In this document: piece after piece, positions 48,501-60,918 of the stretch
How positions within the stretch are numbered: position 1 is the first letter of the stretch
Layout of the letters: each line of letters opens with the position of its first letter
Assembly: GCA_964016885.1 (NCBI GenBank)
Contig: OZ024750.1
Coordinates: 22,320,001 to 22,384,000 of the forward strand
From: Eledone cirrhosa
Lineage: Eukaryota
Reading direction: 5' to 3'
Length of the DNA: 64,000 bases
Made by a program: the position numbers and the translations under genes
Notes under the pieces: model-generated
The model's input: the letters and a program-made list of their open reading frames with translations, nothing else
Told to the model about the DNA's origin: nothing
Database searches by the model: none

Positions 48501-51500
48501 GTAGAAACCATGCCAAAATGGAATGTATCTAAGCAAGATGTAGTCCCCCTACCCATCAGTGAGGACAGTAGCTCCAATTAAGTATTGACATGGCCTTTGA
48601 CAACCAGTCCAAAACATGCCAGCATGGAAAAACTAACTTAAAGTAGTGATGATATCAATCTCAATTTTCATTATTTGTGGAATGTTGTTACTTTCTGACA
48701 TGTCTCATATGGATATGTTCACACCTTCTGATGGCTGGCTTCAGTACAAGGTTGTTGACATGTTATTAGTTTTGACTTTCACATATCCCAGATGAAAATC
48801 TTTAACTGGGCCACACACTGTGTTCTTTACATTTGCCAGTGGCGTTTCAGATTAGGTGTTAGCCAGAGTTTTAATATGAATCATTCATACTACTGATTAG
48901 TGTTGGACTCACAATCATAAGGTCATAGCATTGCATTCTTGAGCAAGTTGCTTTATTTCACATTGCTTTTCTTGATAGGGCTGGGTCCCCTGTCATTAAA
49001 ACACCTAAAAAGCCTTCTATGAGATGCAGCTGCTTAGGAGGCCAGCTAAACCTGCAAATTTCAAATTCCTAGATTCCATTGGCACTAACAATGACTCGTG
49101 GTATTTTTGCAATTTCAGTTGTATTTAGTTCTTTTGTATAGAAATTTAGTACTGAAGATGATATAATTAGCTTGCCTTCTCCCTTATATTGCTAGCCTAG
49201 TGCCTAAATTAGAAGCAGTAGTTATTATTATTATTGCTAAAAAGCTTAATCACCTAATAATAATTAATATTTTGCTAGCTACTGTAATTACAGTGAAACA
49301 GCGATATCTAGTATTATATAAGCTCACTCAGGGTGAAATATGTCGATAAACTATCTAGATATATTAAATCTAATAATAATGAAGTTTTAACTCATTGTTT
49401 TATTTCTTTTAAGCTCTCATCATAGAATGTTAGGGAATTTTGAAATAATTCATTAATTTCTATAAATCTCTAAAAAAAATTTTTCAAAATTTTTTGTTAG
49501 CATTTTAAATTATTCATCTAGAGCAAATGTTGAAATTAGCAATTTGTCTTCCTTTCTTACATATATACATTTTTCTTATATATGCACATATATAAACATT
49601 TGTATATGCATGAGCTATACACATACATTTATAAATATGCAACATACATACACATAAACATCTGTATATATATATATATATATGTATACTCATGCACCAT
49701 ACATACATGTAATCCTTACACATATAAATACGTATATGCATGCATGCATGCACATACTTTAATGTAAATATTATAAACATATATGACTGGGATCACTGTC
49801 ATTAAAATACCCCGTGAACCTCCAATGAGAGACAACTTTGTAAGATGCCAGCTAAACCTTCAAAGTGTTAGCCATAACAATGACAAATGCTATAAACTCA
49901 TACACGATATCAAATGTTATTCATTTTTTGCTTAACTTTTAAATTATATCCATCATAGGTCATTTTAGCCATTCAAAAAATACAAAACTATTCAATTCAC
50001 TTCGTCTATCATTTATTGATTTGCATTGGAATTGTGTTAGTAGCCAGGTTGTAAACAGTGCAATGAAAATTCTAACACTGAGAAATAGATTGAGATTGTA
50101 AAGTGTGTTTGTGCAACTGTGTTAGTGGCCCAGTCATAAACAGTATGGTGAAAATTTTGACATCAAGAAATAAATATAAAGTGAATTGAACAGGTTTTTT
50201 TGTGTTTGTGGAACACTATCCGTGATCAGATTGCAAACAATGCAACAAAAACTTTGTAACCAACAAATAAAGTTTTAATAAGATTTACTTAAGCAGAACT
50301 GAATCTCGAGATGTAAGTAAATGAACAACCAGTGTGAGAAAACTAGTTGTTGTTATCAATAAAGATCTATTAACACAACTAACAGCTGTAACCAACAACT
50401 ACTATTTAATTGTAATAGTTTAAATGTTTGCTTTGTTAAGCAACAATAACAGAGATAGTACAACAGTCTCATTTCAAGGTTGATTTTCAAGTGTTTTTGT
50501 CTGCTCTCAACTGACAGACGTAGGAAGATTAGGCTTAACAAAGAATACTTGCATAAATGTTGTTTGTTGTTTAGACAGGCTCTAGATGGCTCTGATTGAG
50601 CTTATCTATAATCAAATTATTCCAGCCATAACCATCACATTGTTTTCTCAGACACTCTGCATATAAGACTAGGGCCACATTATGCAATGTGTTTTTTTAA
50701 GATACTAAAGTGTAATTTAGGGAAATTTAGCTGATATTTCTACCAGGTTGGTCAGTGTATCTGGTTTAGAATAGGTATACCCATGCTAACGTGGAAAATG
50801 GACTTTAAATGGTGATGATATTCCTACATGTTGTAAGAGACTAAAAGGGTTTGTGCCATCTGGCTGTAAAATATTGTCATTAAAACATAATAAAAAGGGA
50901 TGAGTATGAAGTTCATCATATGGCTTAATGAGAAGAGAAAGGGTTGGGTGCTTTTCCTGGTGTCGATAATTAGTAGGAGGAAGTAATCCTCAAACTGGAG
51001 ACTTGACACAAATATCTGCAGAAGTGTATTGAATTTTATATTTGTCTATCGATGTTATAACTGAGATTCCATAGCAAAATGTTTTTCTTTGTTCTGATGT
51101 TGAAAGTAGCAACATTTAACTTTATTCAGTCAGATAATATTTTAAAGAATCCAATTCTTGTTTTCTTTGGATCTATAAATCTCAACAATAGAATTTAAAA
51201 TTTATTGCTTGTGAAAAGTAAACTAGAATCTTTTTTTTTTTTCTAAGTCTAGATGACTTGAAGATATATGTTGACATTTTTCAACAGTATTCTATACTGG
51301 TGTACTAAGCCAATAGAATGTGAGAGCCTTAGGGAAATAAAATTTGTCACCTAAGCTTTAACGGGATTTATCTTTGGTGTAAGAAAAAATTTGATAAATC
51401 TACAAAATATTTATCATGATCATGAGTAAATGCATGCACATATTTCCATTATGAGAACTCATACATACACATACACAAATAGGATATATATATGTATATA

Positions 51501-51584
51501 CATATATATATATCAGATATATATTTTACACAAATTAAAATATTTTTGACTTTGCTAATTTCAATTTTGCAACATGTTATCTGC

Positions 51585-51625
<41 letters not shown>

Positions 51626-53416
51626 ATACACATACACACACATATTTTCTTCTTCAAACAACTCTTCTCAATATTTCTCACATGTTTTTTTTTTCCTTTT
51701 GTTCTGGAATAGTTTTTTTGAACTTGTGTATCTTTATCTTGTAGGTGCCAGTGGTGGCCTTGGCTTCTACGCTTTAGTCGGCAGAAGATTCCCTAGTATT
51801 TTAAGACATGGTTTAGGTATACCACTTGGTAAGTAATGGGTTACGTTAAATCAGTCCTTTCTGATTTCATCATAAATTAAAATCATTTGCGTTTTGGGGA
51901 GTGAAATTTAAATTAATTCTTGAATCTGCAAAACACGTGTGCAAACACACAAACATAGCACCCTGTACATGTGTATTTTATTCTAAAATACACTTTGGTT
52001 TAGCCAAAAACTTGTGAGTTTAAGCTGATTGTTTGTGTTGAACTATTTGTGGTGTTAAGGGCATTGTGTTACATGTCAAAAAATAAACTTGGCCCTGTGA
52101 CAAGCTGTCTTTTACTATAGTCTTGAGTTTGCCAATACCTTCTAAGTGAAATGTAGATAGAAGCTGAAGAATTCTCTCATAAATATATGTGTATGTATAT
52201 CTATATCTTTCACTGATGTATATTGATAAAACCCAGTATGCTGGTGGTTTCAAACAAAAGTTATGATATTTGTTCTACAAGAGTTGGACAGACACTCTCG
52301 ATTAAAAAGACAGTTAACCACAGTTGGCATGTTGGAGACCTGTAGCCAACTATTCACAAAAAGGCTATATATAAAAACTATTCAATAAGCTCGGCAGCCT
52401 ATTGAGAGGTGTTAACTTTGTGTCTAGTTTGACAATCTAAATATATTCCAGCTGTTGTTAAAATAAAAAATTTGTTTGTTTGTTTTTTGTATAGCATTTG
52501 GAGGTGCAGCTGCTGTTGCCACATACCTATCTGCCAACAATGTCACCCTGCGTGATATCAAGAGAGCATATTTCCGAGTACGTATGTTTGTTTCTTGTAG
52601 CATGTCATTTTAGTAACTGCTGTAATTATTTCATTTAAGAAGAGCATCCAATTGTAAAAACTATACCAATTATAAAACATCAAAATGTGGTTCCCCAACT
52701 GCTCTAGTTTTGGACCATAATGACCTGTTCAATCCATGCCAGCATGGAAAGGGGACACAAAACGATGGTGATATTTTGGAGTTCATATATAGGCAGTAAA
52801 TTGGCTGAATTTTAAAAGTATAGGTCAATATAATGCCTTGCAATATTTGTTCTAGCTCTCTGCACTCTGAGTTCAAATCCTGCTGAAGTTTGTTTGACTT
52901 ACATCCTTTCAGGGTCAGTAAAATAAAGTAACAGTCCAGATCCTGAGCAATGGATTGATGGAAATATTAATGTTGGACGAGGTGCCTTGTGGTAATTGTT
53001 ATAGATCTTTGCATTCTGAGTTCAAATTTAACTGTTGCCTACTTAGGCGGTAGACTCTATTTGTCACCAAGTCCATTCTGTAGCAGATATTAGTGCCAGG
53101 TGTCCAGTTTAAGGATGCTTTCCGTCTTACCACCTGCCAGTCTCAGAGGCACTGAAGAGGGTCATAGAGATTGACTAAAATATATATACTAGCTGATAAA
53201 CATGCTTGTGGTGGGCTCAGGATGATGCTACAGCAGCATTATTTTTCTATCATCCTTATGGACCATGTCACAAAAGCATTGCTTTTGTCTTAACATTTTC
53301 CTGGGCAAACACACACATTGTTTTTACCAGCATAGAAAAAAACAATTATATGATAATATAGATGTATAATAGTACAATTATTTTTTTTCTTTTTCTTTTT
53401 TCAGCTCAAGACGTGA
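35890..53416 (+). CDS. Small two-TM membrane protein, TMEM141-like (~80-95 aa depending on first exon)
   Basis: Exons 43201-43249, 51745-51828, 52495-52577 and 53405-53416 splice in frame to SPDEQAVVMSMAAFSFGASGGLGFYALVGRRFPSILRHGLGIPLAFGGAAAVATYLSANNVTLRDIKRAYFRLKT*. By eye this aligns with TMEM141 (F..G....G....I.RKFP..L...L); family assignment needs an HMM search. Confidence 0.68.
36428..36925. repeat. Four degenerate ~90-bp units separated by (TA)/(TG) microsatellites
   Basis: Recurrent GGCTGCTGTGTTCA...TCATGCACACATCACGC...ACTTGTT. Confidence 0.75.
39448..40662. mobile_element. Inverted pair of Penelope-like pLTR fragments with GAAAC-CTAAG-GTC hammerhead 3' halves
   Basis: 39448-39548 is the reverse complement of 40561-40662; 40464-40492 is a further inverted copy; 40370-40440 matches 38050-38125 in reverse. 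Confidence 0.5.
40680..41003. repeat. Pure A/T (TATTA)/(TA)n microsatellite
   Basis: About 320 nt without G or C. Confidence 0.95.
42356..42376 (+). CDS. Candidate alternative first coding exon (MAPALND)
   Basis: ACCATGG Kozak context, upstream acceptor ATACAG ending 42344, phase-0 GTATGT donor (the donor overlaps a TATG microsatellite, so it could be fortuitous). Confidence 0.5.
43201..43249 (+). CDS. TMEM141-like internal exon (SPDEQAVVMSMAAFSF-G)
   Basis: TTCTATTACAG acceptor, G|GTATGT donor, phase 0->1. Confidence 0.72.
51745..51828 (+). CDS. TMEM141-like exon (ASGGLGFYALVGRRFPSILRHGLGIPL)
   Basis: TCTTGTAG acceptor, G|GTAAGT donor, 84 nt, phase 1->1. Confidence 0.85.
52495..52577 (+). 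CDS. TMEM141-like exon (AFGGAAAVATYLSANNVTLRDIKRAYFR)
   Basis: T-rich tract plus TAG acceptor, GTACGT donor, phase 1->0. Confidence 0.82.
53405..53416 (+). CDS. TMEM141-like terminal coding exon (LKT*), followed by 3' UTR
   Basis: Long polypyrimidine tract plus TTCAG acceptor, then CTC AAG ACG TGA. Confidence 0.68.
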   Translation, partial: LKT

Positions 53417-54198
53417 ATGTGTTTGGAAGTAAACTCAACATTCCATCCACAATGATCTTCCAAGATGAAGACTGTACGGGTTACATAGATAGACCTAAAA
53501 CCTTACATCATAACACATTCAGATTGACCAGTCAAAATTTTGGAGAGCTTCTTTAAGTTTTTGGAAATTTATTTTTGTTAACGATGTTGGGAAGTGCTGT
53601 TTATGGAGCTGGATCCCTGCCCCCTACCCTCCCATTAATGTGTGGTATTTACTTCTGGACTTTTGTTTAACTACAGTGATATAATAGTCAGTTATTCAAA
53701 CACCTGCTGAGAAGTTAACCACGGCTTTAACTGGAACTCTGCAAATTCTCTTAAGATTTCATCTGATATTATAGATGGTATTTTATAAAAGAATCTTTGC
53801 ACGAGACATTGAAGTGCCAAACTTGATCCCAAATATAACATCGTATTCTTCCAACAAATTTTGATAGATTTTATTTTTTAAAAAGAGCTAATTAATGTTA
53901 ACTTATTCTTTGTCAAGTTCAGTTATTTAAACTTTTTTAAAACATCTATTTCACATATTTATTATAGAAAATTTGAGAGAGGGAGAGAAAGAGAAAGAGA
54001 GTGTGTGAGTGATTGATGCTTCATTTAAAAATTTAATAACATTTGACATTGAATAACAAGTTTTTTTTAATCATTATCATTTTTATATTCTTTTTATTTT
54101 TATTATTTATCAATACCACAATTTTAGCTTTATTCACTTTCGTTTACTTTATTCTTCACCATATTTCATATATTATATTTCACAAACACACACCCACC

Positions 54199-55393
54199 TA
54201 TATACATATATAGATATATATACATATATAGATATATATACATATATAGATATATATATACATATATAGATATATATACATATATATAGATATATATACA
54301 TATATATATACATATATATAGATATATATACATATATATAGATATATATATACATATATATAGATATATATATACATATATATAGATATATATATACATA
54401 TATATAGATATATATATATACATATATATAGATATATATATATACATATATATAGATATATATATACATATATATAGATATATATATACATATATATAGA
54501 TATATATACATATATATAGATATATATACATATATATAGATATATATACATATATATAGATATATATACATATATACATATATATAGATATAGATATATA
54601 TACATAGATATAGATATATATACATAGATATAGATATATATACATATATATAGATATATATAGATATATATACATATATATAGATATATATACATATATA
54701 TAGATATATATACATATATATAGATATATATACATATATATAGATATATATACATATATATAGATATATATACATATATATAGATATATATATAGATATA
54801 TATACATATATATAGATATATATATAGATATATATACATATATATAGATATATATAGATATATAGATATATATAGATATATATACATATATAGAGATATA
54901 TACATATATAGAGATATATAGACATATATATAGATATATATATAGATATATAGACATATATATAGATATATAGACATATATATAGATATATAGACATATA
55001 TATAGATATATAGACATATATATAGATATATAGACATATATATAGATATATATACACATATATATAGATATATATACACATATATATAGATATATATATA
55101 CATATATATAGATATATATACACATATATACATATATATAGATATATATACACATATATACACATATATAGATATATATATACACATATATAGATATATA
55201 GATATATACATATATCTATATATATATATATAGACATATATATAGATATATATAGACATATATATAGACATATATATATATAGACATATATATATATAGA
55301 CATATATATATACATATATATAGATATATAGACATATATATAGATATATATATATACATATATATAGATATATATATATATACATATATATAG

Positions 55394-55428
<35 letters not shown>

Positions 55429-55476
55429 TATAGATATATATATATATATATATACACATATATATAGATATATACA

Positions 55477-55521
<45 letters not shown>

Positions 55522-55547
55522 ATATAGATATATATACATATATATAG

Positions 55548-55578
<31 letters not shown>

Positions 55579-55647
55579 TATAGATATATACACATATATA
55601 TAGATATATACACATATATATAGATAGATAGATATATATATATATAT
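54199..55647. repeat. ~1.45-kb compound (TA)n array punctuated by alternating C and G
   Basis: Higher-order 18-22-bp units such as CATATATATAGATATATATA; source of the 339-539 aa I/Y ORFs. Confidence 0.97.
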
Positions 55648-56195
55648 GGTGCATACAGATTCCTAAATTGACAATGGAAGAATACAGAAACTGAGTTGCT
55701 GACAGAATAAAACAAATATAAAATGATTGAATTTTGTTTTGGTTTTTTAATTCTTACATAAAAAAAATATCTGACCATTAATGTTTTACCGTCATTGTTT
55801 TTACATCTGTTTTTCATGTTGACAGTGTTCTGTGACCAGTTGTATCTAGGTGCCCTTATGTCATATTATTCATAAGACTGATTAGGTTGAAGTTTATGGA
55901 CATCACAGACACTAGGAGCCCATCAATCTTTTTTGGCTATAGTGGGGTAAATGATTAAAGTGTCAGTATCCTCAAAATACCTGAAAGTCTGGGGACCTAG
56001 GTCGTGTTTTAATATAGCCCTACAATGCACACGTTTTCAAGTATCATTTTAAAACAAATAAGGTACTCATTCCATTGATCTTCACCTTTTGAACAACCAA
56101 CTTATGGAATATATTTGGGTGGTAAATAAACTGTCACTGGCTGTCTCCGTGTGAAAACAAATGCAAAGACCAATACAGACTCACATACTTTATAT

Positions 56196-57070
56196 ACAGG
56201 GTCTAACTGGTTAAATTGGAACAAATTTCAAATGGGTATATTTCTAATTGTATAGATGTTGTTGGAGTCTAAATTTTAAATATTACCAGCTTGAATAATC
56301 ACTTATTCATAATTTGTTCAATCTGAAATAAAAAATTAAATCATAGAAGTGGAATTGCCGAATTATTTCGCGCCAGCAAAAGTGCTGGGAAGATTGTTAG
56401 AGCCATGAAGTATGCTACTGTTTTTATAGTTGTATCCAATTTGAAGAAAAGTCAAGATGTTCAGAGAAAGCCTCACAGTGACCGAAAATGCACACCTCGC
56501 TTCTTAGCAGGACTAAAGAGATTGATTGAGTCAAACACATCATAATCGATGGTGAAGTTGGCTCAAGATCGGGGAATCATTAAAAATGACCGTTTCTAGG
56601 GCTGGGAGACAAGACCTCCATACAAAATCGTATGTGAGGAGACATAGTGATATCCTAACTACCTGTGCTCCAAAGCCATTCAAGCTGATAGAAGTCCTAA
56701 ACTTCTTAGTCATCTGAAACATCGTTACGGAGACGTCCGCATCTTCATGAAAAGAAGTTTGTGGTAGTTGCAAACTGTCAAAGCTCACAAGTGATAGCGT
56801 ACAACCGAACCGGCTTTCATTATAGTTTTTGGAGCTGTTGCAAGTGATGCAAAGTTGATGCCTCCTCATTTTATTGAAGCTGGTCTTAAAATCCAACAGA
56901 GTATCTCAAAATCTTAGAAGTTTTGTTGCTTTGGATTAGGAAGCATGATGCAAGTCATGTTTCTACAGGACTCTGCAACTGCCCATTCTTCAAAGAATTT
57001 TGAAGAAGGCGTTGCCCATGTTTGTCCGTAAAGATAATCACCACATTTGAATCCGTATAAATTTTTTTTC
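56196..57070 (+). mobile_element. Fossil Tc1/mariner-superfamily transposon (possibly maT/DD37D-like)
   Basis: TA|CAGGGT terminus; frameshifted transposase remnants including MFLQDSATAHSSK. Confidence 0.65.
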
Positions 57071-59353
57071 CATTTTTAAATCAGATATATTCATTGCTGA
57101 TTTGAAGAATACCTTTTGCATTTAAACCAGTTGTATCCGGCCAGAATACTCTCACCTCTTTCTATTCAAACCAGCTGTAACCAGCCACTCATACTGATGT
57201 TAAGGTATTATTCTCAAAATAAATATAAAAATTTCATAGATTCGATATTATGTGAGGTAAAGCCTTTTCCATGAAAATATAATAGGAAATAGAGAGTAAT
57301 GTAAATGCTATAGGGGTAATCAAATTACTGAAATCATGTAAAAAGACAAGCAATATCATAAGTCAAATATTTTTTTATTCAGCGTACTTAAACCTAAAAT
57401 GAGGACCAAAATTATTGAAATAGATGAGAAATGAATAAGTATTATGAAAGATAAGATGAAGAAATAATATAAATACAGGTTTCTTTTCACGAGGCACAAA
57501 ATGCCTGTATTTTTTCACAGAAAGTATGGGTGAAATGAGATATAGTTGTGTTCATGCCTATCCATAAGACATTTGTGACATGGTTTCAATTAGGGAATGA
57601 AACCATGTTGTCTTGACTAGCTAGCAGCTTTACCATTGGCACTGACCACAATAATATAAATAATAGTGGTAAAAAAGGATGTTGAAGAAATAGCTTCAAT
57701 GCCACCAGATTCTTTTATTCTTTTACTGGTTTCAGTAATTCAACTATGGCCATGCTGGGGCACTGCTAGTACTTAATATTTCAAGACTGGTACTTATTTT
57801 ATCAGTCTCCTTTTGTTGAACTGCTAAGTCATCGGACATACACAATAAATGTAAACAGACAGACAAACATATATACATATGACAGGCTTCTACACAGTTT
57901 CCATCTACTAAATTTCACTCACAAGGCATTGGTCAACATGCAGCTATTGTAGAAAACACTTGCCCAAGGTGCCACGCAGTGGGACTGAAACCAAAACCAA
58001 GTGGTTACAAAACATACTCCTTAACCACGTGGCCATGCCTGTGCCTATATTTAAAGTTCAATTAAATTTAAATAGATACATTTTAATTTATTCAAAATAA
58101 CATTTGAGCAATGTTGAAAATATCTCCGGAAGAGAAGGTTGCATATGAAATTAGTTTATTAGTTTATGACAAATTTGCAAATTGATGAAGTCACAGCCAC
58201 AGATAAATATCAAAAGTGTACAGGCCAAAGATTTCATTAATAAATTAATGAAAGAAATAATACAGCAGCTCAATTGTCTCGTTAAGCATTAACTGCAATA
58301 CATCACATTCTCTCACAACAATTATACTGAATCAAAACACACAAGGCCTGACAAAAGAACAGGCTAAAAATGTTTGTTAATAAATGATGAGAAACAACAG
58401 CAGCTCATTCCTCTTGTTACACACAGTACATCACAGTCACAACAATTATGTATTGTAGATATGGACTTGTAAAGGCGCTGTAGTGATATACAGCATATCT
58501 TGACTCTTTAAACCTGGTGGAGCCCAACCCCTCAAGGTCTGAACAGAGCTAATATCTTCCAGAGGAGAGGAAGTGAGGAAGAATCGACCCAGTACCTGAC
58601 TGGTATTTATTTATTTATTGACCTTGAAAGGATGAAAGGCAAAGTTGGCTTTGGTAGGATTTGAACTCAGAGCACAGAGTGTCGGAATACCGCAAAGTAT
58701 TTTATCTGACGTTCTGATGATTCTGTTTGCCAATTCACCACTTATCACAACAATTTTAAAACATACACCAAGGTCTGACAAACAACATCCCCCACCAAGC
58801 AGTGGCAGTTTGAGCTAGCATGGGGTCCCTTCCTGACTGAAAACTTCACTGAAGCCCTTGTGTATTATTTATGGTAGCAAGAAAAATAATTTGGGGTCTT
58901 TGGCTACAGCCCAGTCACCCCTACCCTTTAATCCACCACTGCTTGACAAACAACATGCCTCCACCAAGTTTTAACTAATAAATTGAAAAAGAGATGAAAT
59001 GGCAGCTCATTTCTCTCATTAACTACAATACATCACATTCTCTCAACAATAATACCGAATAGGTAAACATAATTGTTTCTACTTTTTGGCACAAGGCCAG
59101 CAATTACCCAGCGCATTACTGGTACTTTATTTTATCGACCCCGTAAGGATGAAAGGCAAAGTTAACCTCGGCGAATAGGTAAAAATAATAATCAGACATA
59201 AGGCCTGAAAAACAAGAGCCATCCCACCCCCACCAAGTTATAACAAATTGAAACAGAATAACAGTTGCATAAAGAGTATATACACATATATATATATATA
59301 TAAACACAAAACAATGATATAAGGTATCCATCACGTGAATGAAGGACACACAT

Positions 59354-59389
<36 letters not shown>

Positions 59390-59390
<1 letters not shown>

Positions 59391-59600
59391 AAACAAAGAG
59401 GGTGTGGTAAGAAACCAGGTGGACCATAATGCACCAGAGTACTCAATACTTGGGGTAGTAGAGTGGGTAATATGAAAAGATTCAGGATCTCGACAGCTGA
59501 GCTCCAGCCATTTCGATAGCTAGATCTGAACGGATCTGTTCAGATCTAGTTGTCGAAATGGCTGGAGCTCAGCCGTCGGGGTCCTAAATCTTTTCATATA
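59390..59600. mobile_element. Penelope-like pLTR fold-back (63-bp arms) with hammerhead 3' half
   Basis: Palindrome 59470-59599 with 7 mismatches; GAAA-TGGCTG-gagct-CAGCC-GTC-GGGGTCC; no CTGANGA; flanked by (TA)n. Confidence 0.58.
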
Positions 59601-59753
59601 TATATATATAAAATAATAAGGTACACACACAGATACATAAATATATGTCCAGCCTTCGCTTCCCATTCTGTGACCTACACGTGATGATTTCTCCTTTCAG
59701 AGAAATATTCACTTTCTTACGGTCTGGGTCAGGATACAGTCCACTTAATGAGG

Positions 59754-59845
59754 GGTCTCCTGAAGATTCAACAGCCTCACAGCATTGGTGCACTTCTCTG
59801 GTGCAATGATGTTGCAAAACGGTCGATGAAACTGCAGTAGGGACT
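59754..59845 (+). ncRNA. Type I minimal hammerhead ribozyme (Penelope-like pLTR type)
   Basis: Stem I GGTCTC/GGGACT; core CTGAAGA (59760-59766); extended stem II; GAAAC-TGCA-GTA with palindromic stem III ACTGCAGT; predicted cleavage after A59839. Confidence 0.75.
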
Positions 59846-59894
59846 TTGAAGAAAAAATAGGTAATTCTTTGCCTATTTATAACCATATATATAT

Positions 59895-59931
<37 letters not shown>

Positions 59932-60199
59932 TCTATATACACCAAAACAAGACAATTTGAAATAGGGTAGAGTTACATAAATGACACGTACATATAGATC
60001 TATAAACCAATGCAAACATTGAAATTGAGTAACAGTCACATGAAATGTATTTATAGAACTATATATACTAATTTTAAATTCATTGAAACAGGGTAACAAT
60101 CACATGAATGAAAGGCATAATATACATATATATACACACACACATGTATAATTTATACAAATATGCATATGAAATGTTTAGGTACAGATAGGAATAAAT

Positions 60200-60305
60200 A
60201 TACAGTAAAATTTTGACAGAGGGTCCTCTCTGTTTTGGTTGGCTAGCGAACTTGCTTGCTTCAGGTTTGAAGAATCCAGCAAGCTGAAACTGAGAGGGCC
60301 TACCA
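60200..60305. mobile_element. Degenerate fold-back hammerhead/pLTR relic
   Basis: Minus strand AAAAC-AGAG-aggacc-CTCT-GTC; plus strand TTGAAGA...GAAAC; centre CTTCAGGTTTGAAG resembles the geometry at 63920. Confidence 0.4.
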
Positions 60306-60384
60306 TTGTAACATCATTATATATGTATATGTGTGTGTGTGAGTATATATATATATATATATATAAAATAATTGCATGGAGCAG

Positions 60385-60918
60385 ATGTAGGGCTCCATAA
60401 GCTGTAGTGAAGGCAACCCGTCTAGGAGAGTAAATACTCCAAATAAAAACTGATATAGGGTGGAGAGGATACAACATCTCTAGTGCTGGTAGCATGAACA
60501 ATGCACCCAGTCCATGCTGTAAAGTGGTTGGTGATAAGAAGGGCATCCAGTCAGAAAAACCTTGCCAAAAATGTGGAAAGCACAACAAATAAGATTCACA
60601 CGAATTGTGTATACAGGGTTAACACTAGTCATCTTAGTGCTGTGCTCGGTAGTGGGGTGGCTAAAGTAGCCGTGCGAGAACCCCTCGACTGTCATCAAGC
60701 AATCGCACAGCCTTTTTTTTTCCTTTCAGCTATATAGAACTTTCACCCAAGGAAGTAACGACAACTGTCAAGGTACAAATCTCAGGACTGCCACCCTCAA
60801 TATTAGTACCCTGAAAGGTAAATCAGGTGAAATTGTGAAACGGTTAGAGAGAAGAGAAGTAGATGTATGCTGTGTACAAGATGTGAGGTGGGGTGGTGCC
60901 TCAGCAAGACTACTCAGG
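60385..60918 (+). mobile_element. RTE LINE 5' fragment (UTR motif plus APE N-terminus), interrupted by a SINE piece
   Basis: GGCAACCCGTCTAGGAGAG; LRTATLNISTLKGKSGEIVKRLERREVDVCCVQDVRWGG. Confidence 0.75.

Noticed and set aside
54166-55817. Long 339-539 aa ORFs
   Set aside because: Translations of a (TA)-based microsatellite (essentially I/Y/C/M/V/L/S); no coding signal
59721-59843. Apparent 123-nt minus-strand exon (PTAVSSTVLQHHCTREVHQCC...GLYPDPD) with AG/GT ends, and a partner at ~60204-60299
   Set aside because: Both intervals are better explained as hammerhead/pLTR relics between (TA)n tracts; no recognisable protein and no further exons found
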